Shown here piece after piece: positions 56,484-64,000 of a stretch of 64,000 nucleotides of DNA (position 1 is the first letter of the stretch; every line of letters starts with the position of its first letter). The stretch spans positions 62,001-126,000 of the IMG/VR virus record IMGVR_UViG_3300020186_000013. One strand, written 5' to 3'. Below the pieces are notes generated by a model, which worked only from the letters and a program-made list of their open reading frames with translations, did no database searches and was not told the DNA's origin. The position numbers and the translations under genes are program-made.

Positions 56484-57399
56484 AGAAGCCACGCATCCCG
56501 CCGTAGGGGCTGCCCACGTGGCCCGAAACCTGCATCATGTTCAGCTCCAGCTTCTTCAGGTTCACGAACTCCGTCCACTCGGCCATCAGCTCCTTGCTGG
56601 CCTGGCCGTACTCGTTGAACCGGTTGAGGTCGTCGATGGCCGTACCACCCGCTTGATACGACAGGTGGTTCCGCCGGTAGTTGGTCGCGGCGAACTCGTA
56701 CAGGTGAGCCAGTGCCGCCTTACGCCACGCCTCCCGGAACGGGAAGTTGCGGGTCGAGAACTTGTACCCGAGGGGCGGCGGACGCTCGTTGAAGTAGTCG
56801 ATCGGCCGGGTGAGGGCCAGGAGGATCTGCTCGGCCCCGAACTCGATGTCGTCGAGCCGCAGGTTCTCCGACGGCGACGAGTCCATCATCGTCATCCGCA
56901 GTTCTTGGACAGTCAGCGACCCCATACCGTCCATGACGTTGTTGATGTCCATCGCGAAGAGGCTGGCCTCCACGCTCATGATCGCGTTGTCGACGCAGAG
57001 GATCTTCTTGTTGGCGTCCTCGATTGCCCAGCACAGCTGGTAGACGCCCCGGCGATCGACGATCTTGGGGTCGAGAGTGGCTCGGACGACGCCCATGCTG
57101 GGGGCGTAGTCCCAAGCCGGGTTCTCCCACAGCGGGTTCTGCTCCGGGCTCAGCCCCCTACCGACGGCCTCCTTGATCCGGAGGCGGACCTTGCCCCCGG
57201 CCTCGGCCGTGCTGACGCTGTTGTTCTCGGGGCCGAAGATCGGGCTCAGGTCGATAGGGTTGCCCTTGCGGTCCCTGAACGTGTGCTCCAAAGTCGCGTG
57301 TGTCCCCTGGTCGACCAAGAACGCCTTCAAGCGGGTCAAGACCGGGCACTCGTCGACCTCCGGGATGCCGGCCGTAATGATGCCGAGTTCGCTGGCCAC
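56482..57399 (-). CDS. Putative head-tail adaptor (neck) protein
   Basis: 305 aa; ELRMTMMD..P.EN.RLDD.EF...FNE.PP...RNHLSYQAGG.AIDD. Confidence 0.6.
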   Translation of the reverse strand: MASELGIITAGIPEVDECPVLTRLKAFLVDQGTHATLEHTFRDRKGNPIDLSPIFGPENNSVSTAEAGGKVRLRIKEAVGRGLSPEQNPLWENPAWDYAPSMGVVRATLDPKIVDRRGVYQLCWAIEDANKKILCVDNAIMSVEASLFAMDINNVMDGMGSLTVQELRMTMMDSSPSENLRLDDIEFGAEQILLALTRPIDYFNERPPPLGYKFSTRNFPFREAWRKAALAHLYEFAATNYRRNHLSYQAGGTAIDDLNRFNEYGQASKELMAEWTEFVNLKKLELNMMQVSGHVGSPYGGMRGF

Positions 57400-57420
57400 G
57401 TGCTGTCCTCCCTGATGGGT

Positions 57421-57457
57421 AAAAAAAAAAGGCTGTGACCCTTGCGGGTACAGCCTT
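57421..57457 (-). terminator. Strong intrinsic terminator ending the head operon
   Basis: GGCTGTACCC-GCAA-GGGTCACAGCC followed by T10. Confidence 0.88.
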
Positions 57458-57531
57458 AATCTTACCGATCTCTACGAGCCCACGCATCATCGCGTGGTTT
57501 CTCGTTGAGCCACCGGGGTGGTTCGTTGTAG

Positions 57532-57897
57532 TTAGCTCGGACCTTCCTCGACCACCGAGCCGGGGTTCGCCCAGCACGGGTCGACGACGCCGAGAGCCCC
57601 GCCCGACAGCTGAAGCATCTTGATGGCCTGCGTCGCCTGGTCCTGGAAGATCGGGGCCGGGGTGTGCACGATGACCATGTCGCCACGGGAGATGGCGGAC
57701 TCGAACGCCTGGATGTCACGCCGCGACGAGACGCGGTCACCACGGCGGTGGGCAATCAGGTCGATGATGTTGCCGAAGACGGTGAACTCCTCGCCAGCTT
57801 GCAGCTCCCGCCCGTGCGGGGGAAGGAAGCCGAAGAGGATGCGACCGGCGGTGTTGTTCCGCACGGTCGAGAACAGGCAGTGGGTGTCTTGAGACAC
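57532..57897 (-). CDS. Hypothetical head-associated protein
   Basis: 121 aa, GTG start, SD AGGAGG. Confidence 0.7.
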   Translation of the reverse strand: MSQDTHCLFSTVRNNTAGRILFGFLPPHGRELQAGEEFTVFGNIIDLIAHRRGDRVSSRRDIQAFESAISRGDMVIVHTPAPIFQDQATQAIKMLQLSGGALGVVDPCWANPGSVVEEGPS

Positions 57898-57954
57898 GTA
57901 CGGTCCTCCTATGACCTGTCCGACGCGGGAGACCCGCGACGGGGTTGTTGGTGG

Positions 57955-58386
57955 TTATCGACCCTGGGCAGCCATCGCGGCGTAGCTGTCGGCCTCGTGG
58001 GCCTTCAACGCCAGGACGCTGTCGTAGATCAGGGGGTCCTGCATGACGATCGAAGCGGCCTGCTTCATCGACATGAGTTCGTCCTGCTCGGCCGCAGCCT
58101 TGACGGAGCCGAAGCCCGCCTGGGCCAGGACCTGGTCAAGAGCCGAGTTTGCGGCGGCGAACGGGTCGTAGGCGTCTTCCGCCTGCTTCACCGCCGCCTC
58201 CTCCTCGACGAGCCGCAGCTTGCCGGCGAGGTCGAGGAGATCGGACGCCTGCTTCTGCGTCCGGGGCACGTGGCCAAGCTGGGCCAGCTTGTGGAAGAAG
58301 ACCCGCTGGGCAACCCCGTCGAACACGTTCTGGTAGGCCGTCTGAGGGTCAGGAAGAGCGGCCTGCTGATTGGCGGTCCCTGCCAA
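57955..58386 (-). CDS. Ala/Gln-rich internal head protein candidate
   Basis: 143 aa, TTG start with SD AAGGAGG; five K-x-A motifs. Confidence 0.65.
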   Translation of the reverse strand: MAGTANQQAALPDPQTAYQNVFDGVAQRVFFHKLAQLGHVPRTQKQASDLLDLAGKLRLVEEEAAVKQAEDAYDPFAAANSALDQVLAQAGFGSVKAAAEQDELMSMKQAASIVMQDPLIYDSVLALKAHEADSYAAMAAQGR

Positions 58387-58407
58387 GGGACACCTCCTTG
58401 ATGGTTC

Positions 58408-58423
58408 AAGAATCTGGTTTCTA
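58408..58423 (-). repeat. Dispersed 16-bp quasi-palindrome, copy 7 (TAGAAACCAGATTCTT)
   Basis: Intergenic. Confidence 0.8.
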
Positions 58424-58450
58424 GCCGCTCTCCGGTGAGGGCCAGTTGGG

Positions 58451-58813
58451 TCAGCCGGTGATCACCGCCGGTCCACCAGTCGTTGCCGGCAGAGCAGGGG
58501 TCGGGTTGTTCACGTTGTCGAAGACGGAGGCGACGCCGCCGTTCTTCGAGTAGTCGTTGCCCCGGTTCCAGTACGCCGGTGCGATCGGGGTCGCGTCGGT
58601 GTGGCTGAAGCCGGACTTTTGGGCCTCGTTGACGTCGGCCGCACTGTACGGGTCGTACACCGTCGTCAGCTGGTGGTTGTTGACCCCGGTGTTGGCCGGC
58701 GGGGCGGGCTTCGGCGTCTGGGTGAAGTTGTCGGGGTTGCTGCCGGTCACCGTCCCAGGGGACTGGTACGTGTCCGCACTCAGCGATCCGAACTTGTTGG
58801 CGTTGGCACTCAC
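58451..58813 (-). CDS. Small Asn/Pro/Thr-rich head-associated protein
   Basis: Start re-called to GTG at 58813 (SD AAGGAGG in a 6-bp hairpin). Confidence 0.65.
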   Translation of the reverse strand: MSANANKFGSLSADTYQSPGTVTGSNPDNFTQTPKPAPPANTGVNNHQLTTVYDPYSAADVNEAQKSGFSHTDATPIAPAYWNRGNDYSKNGGVASVFDNVNNPTPALPATTGGPAVITG

Positions 58814-58894
58814 GACTGTTCCTCCTTGAACAGGGGTCGGTTTGTGAAGCAAGGCCGGGTCCCATGACCCGGCCGACGCGACCGTCAAGGTCGA

Positions 58895-59833
58895 TTATCG
58901 GTAGTCGATTCGGGCGAGCCCGCTCGTGTGACCGATGGTGCCGCCCATCGTCTCGTACGCGAAGAACTCCAACATGTACGCCTCGCGGCGAATGTACATT
59001 GTGGTGTCCTCAAGAACGTACGACTTTCCGATGAACTTGGGATCAGCGAAGTGGTACATGGTGTTGGTGGCCACCAGACCCTTCTTGATCGTGACCAGCC
59101 ACTTGCACCCCATGAACTCTTGCAGGCTCCAGCCCTGCTTCATGATGTCCTGGGCGAGGTCGCCGCCCATTTCGTTGCGGGTGAACTTCCCGACTTCCTT
59201 GATGGTGATGTTGTTCAGCAACACCATGTGGACTTCGAGGTTCGACGGCGTGTTGGGCATCACCTTCAGTGAGTCCCACAACGTGTCGCGGGTGATGCCA
59301 CCGGCGATCACCTCGTACTGCACCACGCCCGAGGTCGGGACGATGAGGCCCGGTCCGACGAGGGCCGTGTTTACGGCTCGAAGGAACTTGCCGTCTTCTT
59401 CCGCCAGCATGTCCTTGATCGCGTTGTCGCTGAGGACCTGGCGGATGTCCATGATCCACGTCCTCAATTCATCCACGTCCTTCGTGAATCGAGGGGTCGC
59501 GATCCGGTCAAACATCACGCGGTAGCGGGGACCACGGATGTAGAGGTTCTGGGGCAACGTCGCGAACGGAATGCTGATGGCCGCAGGGCTGTCAGGTTCC
59601 TTGTCGACGATCTTCACCGGCTTGTCGGTGTCGACCTGGCGGTCGAGTTCGTCGTTGGTGATCGGGATCGGCGGCATGATCCGCCGGTAGAAGCCGTCTT
59701 CACGCATCTTCGTGCGGGTGAAGTCGTTGACGGCGTCGATCGCCTGCTTTTCGAGGACGGGGTCCCGAGAAGACAGCTTCTCGAAGATCGTCTCGTTGAG
59801 GAGTTTCGCCTCCTCCTGGGTGGACATGGCCAT
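58895..59833 (-). CDS. Major capsid protein (HK97-like fold)
   Basis: 312 aa; REDGFYRRIMPP, ELRTWIMDIRQV, AEEDGKFL, C-terminal FFAYETMGGTIGH..GLARIDY; follows protease, scaffold and decoration genes. Confidence 0.8.
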   Translation of the reverse strand: MAMSTQEEAKLLNETIFEKLSSRDPVLEKQAIDAVNDFTRTKMREDGFYRRIMPPIPITNDELDRQVDTDKPVKIVDKEPDSPAAISIPFATLPQNLYIRGPRYRVMFDRIATPRFTKDVDELRTWIMDIRQVLSDNAIKDMLAEEDGKFLRAVNTALVGPGLIVPTSGVVQYEVIAGGITRDTLWDSLKVMPNTPSNLEVHMVLLNNITIKEVGKFTRNEMGGDLAQDIMKQGWSLQEFMGCKWLVTIKKGLVATNTMYHFADPKFIGKSYVLEDTTMYIRREAYMLEFFAYETMGGTIGHTSGLARIDYR

Positions 59834-59913
59834 CGAATGAGTACCTCCGTGTAACGTCGAGCTGCTAGGGGCAGCCTTATTGGTTGAGGGTTAGAGTCCT
59901 TCCTGTCCCCGGA

Positions 59914-60456
59914 TCACGGGTTGGACGGGATGTAGATCGGCCAGAACGCGATCGCGTCGTAGCCGTATCCGTTATCGACGACGCCGCGAGACACAATACC
60001 GCAGATGGTATCGGTCCAGACGGTGCCCACCTTCAGCTGCCCGGCGTCAATGGCCGGCGAGACCGTCGACGTCAGGTGGTCGTTCGGAGCGTACGTGCCC
60101 GCCACGAACGCGGTCGAGACGAGTTCGTACGCACCAATCGCGACGAGGGCCATGGCCTGGCCGGTCGGATTGATGGGGATGAACACGCCCTTGGTGGTCG
60201 AGGCGTCTGCCGAGTTGTTCATGACGTCCGGGTCGTCCGACCCGTTGAACATGAACAGGGGCATCACCTTGAGGTCGCCGACGCCGAGCAGGTACTGGCC
60301 GGCGGGCGAGAGGTGAACAACAGAACCAGGGAGCACGACGGCGTTGCCCGCGATTACGGTCGGGTCGAACGTCGTGTTGAAGTCAACGGCTGCCGGCTGC
60401 GGCCACCCCTTGAGTGCGTTGAGGGTGTACTGCGTCATCTGCCGTGGGGCACCCAT
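59914..60456 (-). CDS. Capsid decoration/cement protein candidate
   Basis: 180 aa, beta-rich (PGSVV, YAPNDHLT, CGIVS); immediately upstream of the capsid gene. Confidence 0.6.
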   Translation of the reverse strand: MGAPRQMTQYTLNALKGWPQPAAVDFNTTFDPTVIAGNAVVLPGSVVHLSPAGQYLLGVGDLKVMPLFMFNGSDDPDVMNNSADASTTKGVFIPINPTGQAMALVAIGAYELVSTAFVAGTYAPNDHLTSTVSPAIDAGQLKVGTVWTDTICGIVSRGVVDNGYGYDAIAFWPIYIPSNP

Positions 60457-60526
60457 GTGTCAAATCCTCCGTGAAAAATCTAGTGGCCGCGAGGGCCACT
60501 AGGTGGAAATCGTTTCCGAACACTTA

Positions 60527-60973
60527 TCAGCGGTCGGGAGACCCGAGCACGGCCAACATGGCCATATCGGACGCCTTCTTTTGGGACGTCTTGCGACCCA
60601 CGAACGGGTCGTTGAGGCTGTCGTAGTCGGTCGGGACCGAGCCGTTGAGCCCGGCCTGCTTCTCGTCCACGCCCTTGCCCAGGTCGCTGCCCTTCTTGAG
60701 CCGCTCCTTGTGCAGTTCGTCGACGGCGTTCTTGAGCAGTTGCAGGGTCTCCGCGTGGCTGCCCAGCATGGCGGCGGCTGCCGCACGCTGGTCCTCGCGG
60801 ACGGCCCCTGTCTTAATCATCAGGTCGAGCACCGGACCGGTGAGGTCCGACGCCTTCTTCTGCATCGACCGGTGAACCTCAATTTCGTCGCACGCCCGCT
60901 TCATTCCGAAGCTGCCGATTTCGACGAACTTGAGGGTATTGTCGATGAACTGCTGCATGAGTGCAGGGTTCAT
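60527..60973 (-). CDS. Helical head assembly protein candidate
   Basis: 148 aa with KKAS/KQAG motifs. Confidence 0.65.
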   Translation of the reverse strand: MNPALMQQFIDNTLKFVEIGSFGMKRACDEIEVHRSMQKKASDLTGPVLDLMIKTGAVREDQRAAAAAMLGSHAETLQLLKNAVDELHKERLKKGSDLGKGVDEKQAGLNGSVPTDYDSLNDPFVGRKTSQKKASDMAMLAVLGSPDR

Positions 60974-61028
60974 TAGCGAATCTCCTCCATGAGAAAAGGC
61001 GGTAGGTTACTGTCGGTTCAAACGCGGA

Positions 61029-62510
61029 TCAACGGCCGCTGCGACGCGACCGCTGGATGACTTCGGTGATGTAGTCCTTCATGCCGTCGCGGTGGTTACC
61101 CTGCTTGGCAGCTGCCTGCTTGGGCCGGTTCCGACGGTCATGACCCATCTTCGGTTCGCCGCCGCCATCGCCCATGGCGTCGCCGCCAGGAGGTGCGTCG
61201 CCGCCCGGAGGGGGAGCACCGCCGCCCGCATCGGCACCGCCGCCACCGCCACCGCCCTCTTGGGCCATAGCCTGTTGCAGTTCTTCCGGCGTGACGCCGA
61301 GCTGGTCGAGGAGGTCAGCCAGGTGCTGGGCCTCGTCACCGCCGCCTCCCTCGCCACCGCCCGGAGGGGCACCGACGTCGCCGCCACCGCCGCCCGCATC
61401 GGCACCGCCGCCGAGAGCGGCCATCATGCCGCCCGCGTCGCCGCCACCGCCAGGAGGGGGAGCACCGCCACCCATGGGGTCACCGCCGGGAGCACCGCCA
61501 CCACCGCCGGCCATCATGGCCGGGTCGATCGGAGGCATCTCGCCGCCACCGCCCATCGGGTCACCTTCGGCCTGCTTCTGAGCCTGGAAGAAGTTGTCGA
61601 GGAAGTGGGCCACACGAACGGCGTCGTCGTTCGCGGTCTTGATGACGCCGGTGAGGGCCTCGTGGACCATCTGGTCGGCGGCTTGCTTGTCGAAGTTGTT
61701 GGTCGCCAAGCCGGCCAGTTCCCAGCCAGCCTGCATCTGGAGGCTGGCATCGGCGTCGCCGGCCTGCTTCCGTTGCCCGCCGCCGTTGTTGGCCGCGTGC
61801 TGGCGGGCGTCAGCCGCCGTCTTGGAATTGCCGAGTTGCTCGGACATCTGGCTGATCTGGGCACAGATCAGGTTGCCGAGGCCCTGCATGTCCGCCGCGA
61901 TCTTGTGCAGCGGGGTATCTGAGGCGTACTTGTGGCCGTCGAGGGACTCGTTGTCCGTCCGGGCCGGGTGCAAGGAACCGGGGTCCTTCTTGCCTGCCTT
62001 GACACCCTTGGTCTCGATGTCGGGCGTCTGCCCGGTCGGCTGAGGGTTCAGCGGGCTATCGACGTGATCGTCGGCAGCGGAGCCGGCCGTCTGGACGGCA
62101 CCCTCGGCCTTCTTGAGGCGGGCCTTCTTGTCGCGACCCTTCTTCTCGTCCGACTCGTCGGAGTCCGACGACTCGGCCTTGAGGTCCTGCTCGACCTTCT
62201 TCATGAAGGGGTTCTCGGCCTTCTTGGAGAACTGGCCCAGGAACGCCGACGCCGTCTTGGCTTTCGCCTCGGCGGTGCTGTCGACGCTGATGGCACCCTG
62301 CTCTTCCTTGACGTCCTTTTCGTTCTCCTTGGAACGAGCACCAGTCTGTGCGACTTCGGTGCGGTCGTCGACGTTTTTGACGGGGTGCTCGGTCTCACCG
62401 CCGATGGAGCCCGCTTCGGTGTGGGCCTCCTCGGCTGACTTGGTGTGACCGACGCGGCTGAGAAACGATTCGATGGTGGCCATCGAACTCTGTGCGGATT
62501 TGGTTGCCAT
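61029..62510 (-). CDS. Scaffold/internal head protein with Gly/Pro-rich low-complexity regions
   Basis: Start re-called to MATKSA (SD AAGGAG); about 14 K-x-A motifs; GGGAPPPGG repeats. Confidence 0.65.
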   Translation of the reverse strand: MATKSAQSSMATIESFLSRVGHTKSAEEAHTEAGSIGGETEHPVKNVDDRTEVAQTGARSKENEKDVKEEQGAISVDSTAEAKAKTASAFLGQFSKKAENPFMKKVEQDLKAESSDSDESDEKKGRDKKARLKKAEGAVQTAGSAADDHVDSPLNPQPTGQTPDIETKGVKAGKKDPGSLHPARTDNESLDGHKYASDTPLHKIAADMQGLGNLICAQISQMSEQLGNSKTAADARQHAANNGGGQRKQAGDADASLQMQAGWELAGLATNNFDKQAADQMVHEALTGVIKTANDDAVRVAHFLDNFFQAQKQAEGDPMGGGGEMPPIDPAMMAGGGGGAPGGDPMGGGAPPPGGGGDAGGMMAALGGGADAGGGGGDVGAPPGGGEGGGGDEAQHLADLLDQLGVTPEELQQAMAQEGGGGGGGADAGGGAPPPGGDAPPGGDAMGDGGGEPKMGHDRRNRPKQAAAKQGNHRDGMKDYITEVIQRSRRSGR

Positions 62511-62595
62511 AGCTGGCAGCACTCCTTTGCTTCGGTTACCTGTGTTGGTCCGTATCGCCAGTCCCTGAGCGGACCTCAGCCACCGTTAGGAGGCG

Positions 62596-64000
62596 TCAGA
62601 TCACCTGATTCTGGACGATACCCAGTCTCGCTGTCAACATGAACTCGTCGTCGAACGCCGCGATGCGTTGCAACGCCGCGACCTTGTAAAGGGCGTACGC
62701 CCTCGCGAGTTCTTCCGCCTCGTGCTTGTCCGAGGCGGACTTCTCGCTCCAGATTCCAGTTTCTAGAACTGGCATCCGGTAGGACCGGATCGAGGCGAGC
62801 TGGCAGCGGTGGTCGACCGCCGCCTTCTCCAAGGACAGCCCGTCCCGGATTTGCAACACCCAGCGGCGAAGCTGGGCCGATGCGGTTTTGGTGGAGAGAG
62901 CAAACGGATTGTTCGTCAGCCGCCGCTCCAAGGACCCGTCAGTAATCATTCGCCCGTAAACGCCACGCAACGCCGCCGCTGCGGGGGCCACGAACTCGGC
63001 CTTCTTGGTGAGCTTCGCGAATTCGCGGAGCGGCAGGATGACCTTCTCGACCGCGAGTGCAGCCAGGGCCTCGGCACACTTCTGCGTGCCGGGTTCGCCC
63101 AGCATCGCAGGATCGACTTTTCCTTGCAACCGGTCGTCGAAGGCGAGCTTGTAGATGTCGTGTACCTGGCGGCGGTCCATGGTCCGCTCCAAGTGGTCGA
63201 GCCCTGCGGCCAGCTTCACCTGTTGGTCAACGTCCGTGGGGTTCATCCGGGAGAAGTAGTCGTCGGCCATCATGACAGCCAGGGGAGCAGAAACGCCCAG
63301 GTCCTCGGCCACCTTGCTGCTGTACGCCCCGTAGGTGCCGTCCCAGCGATCGGACGCAGCCTTGGTGAGGTAGTCCGCCCGATTAGCGTACGCGATGCGG
63401 TCCGCCGGACGGAAGACGTTACTCATGTCGAACCACGTCGGGCGGGGGTTGTCGACGTGCAGCTGGTGGACGTCGTTGCCGACCTTCACCAGGCGGCTCA
63501 GGTTGTCCTTGCACCCGCCGGCCTTGCAGCTGGCTTCTTTGCAGTAGTCGTCGCGGGTCCTGGCCTGATTGCCGCACCACGAGCACGTGTCGTACGGGAC
63601 GCGGCACGCCATCGACACGGCGATGTCCTCGCCACGTGCCAGCTTCTCCATCTCCTTGTCGGCGACCAGCCCGCCGTTGCGTTCCGCCGCCGACTTCTCC
63701 TTGTTCAGGAACGCCAGCAACTCGACGCGACGCATGGTCTCGTTGTACGCGGACTTCTTGATGATCCCGTACGACGCCTGGGGGTCCTTGTTCTTGTGGT
63801 TCCGATACCACCGGGCGAACTTCTCGAACGTGTTGTGGTACTCGCGGCAGGTGGCCTCCTTGAAGCCGTCGCCGTTGCGGTTGGGGCCGTACGCCTCAGT
63901 CGCCCCGTGGGACAAGACGTGGACAGGCTCCTCGTCCTTCGCCGCCTTGATGTTGTCGATGACATCGAGAAAGGCGTGGGACGCCCGCTTGACGAAGTCC
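62596..64000 (-). CDS. Prohead (capsid maturation) protease, 5' truncated
   Basis: Frame is open to the window edge (DFVKRASHAF...). Motifs NRNGDGF, YRNH.NKD, VSMAC.V..D.CSWCG are typical of large-myovirus prohead proteases. Confidence 0.7.
   Translation of the reverse strand, partial: DFVKRASHAFLDVIDNIKAAKDEEPVHVLSHGATEAYGPNRNGDGFKEATCREYHNTFEKFARWYRNHKNKDPQASYGIIKKSAYNETMRRVELLAFLNKEKSAAERNGGLVADKEMEKLARGEDIAVSMACRVPYDTCSWCGNQARTRDDYCKEASCKAGGCKDNLSRLVKVGNDVHQLHVDNPRPTWFDMSNVFRPADRIAYANRADYLTKAASDRWDGTYGAYSSKVAEDLGVSAPLAVMMADDYFSRMNPTDVDQQVKLAAGLDHLERTMDRRQVHDIYKLAFDDRLQGKVDPAMLGEPGTQKCAEALAALAVEKVILPLREFAKLTKKAEFVAPAAAALRGVYGRMITDGSLERRLTNNPFALSTKTASAQLRRWVLQIRDGLSLEKAAVDHRCQLASIRSYRMPVLETGIWSEKSASDKHEAEELARAYALYKVAALQRIAAFDDEFMLTARLGIVQNQVI
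62750..62765 (-). repeat. Dispersed 16-bp quasi-palindrome, copy 8 (TAGAAACTGGAATCTG), inside a CDS
   Basis: Encoded within L-E-T-G-I-W using CTA GAA ACT GGA codons. Confidence 0.75.

Larger units (their letters stand above)
1..64000 (-). mobile_element. Segment of a large contractile-tailed phage/prophage genome (head, neck, tail, baseplate, fibres, glycosyltransferases, accessory genes); probable Planctomycetota host
   Basis: Co-oriented, tightly overlapping minus-strand genes in myovirus order: protease-scaffold-capsid-neck-sheath-tube-chaperone-tape measure-baseplate. No housekeeping genes seen. Terminase, portal and integrase are not in the window. Confidence 0.92.

Noticed and set aside
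56483-56498. Partial match to the 16-bp palindrome (TAGAAGCCA...)
   Set aside because: The conserved GTTTCTA half is absent, so it was not counted.
58895-59833. Encapsulin shell
   Set aside because: Size and fold would fit, but the context (protease, scaffold, tail) indicates a phage capsid.
1-64000. tRNA/rRNA genes and alternative genetic code
   Set aside because: No cloverleaf or rRNA-like stretch was recognised by eye. Genes are intact under code 11 and end in TAA, TAG and TGA.

Overview
The whole window reads as part of the genome of a large, GC-rich myovirus or prophage with a contractile tail. Every credible gene is on the minus strand. From right to left it contains: (1) a head module with a partial prohead protease, Gly/Pro-rich scaffold, decoration protein, HK97-like major capsid protein and neck proteins; (2) a tail module with a 940-aa sheath, tube, gp5/VgrG-like hub, chaperone pair with a -1 slippery site, 1531-aa tape measure and baseplate, and a sigma-70-like gene inside it; (3) a four-gene secreted cargo cassette (matrixin protease, two CxxCH c-type cytochrome-like proteins, a Q/V-rich protein); (4) a Cys-rich paralogous fibre/baseplate family; (5) four glycosyltransferases; (6) a non-structural region with a DUF1257-DUF2997-Ycf46-like AAA module. 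The cargo and AAA module suggest a Planctomycetota host (inference). Two non-coding signals stand out. The first is a 16-bp AT-rich quasi-palindrome (TAGAAACYRGMWTCTA) seen 8 times in both orientations, seven of them about 8.5-10.6 kb apart and two inside coding sequence. The second is about 18 short hairpins presenting ANGGAN/AGGAN loops on the ribosome-binding site or start codon of mostly virion genes, the signature of CsrA/RsmA translational control. All family assignments come from motif recognition and gene order by eye, and no database search was run.
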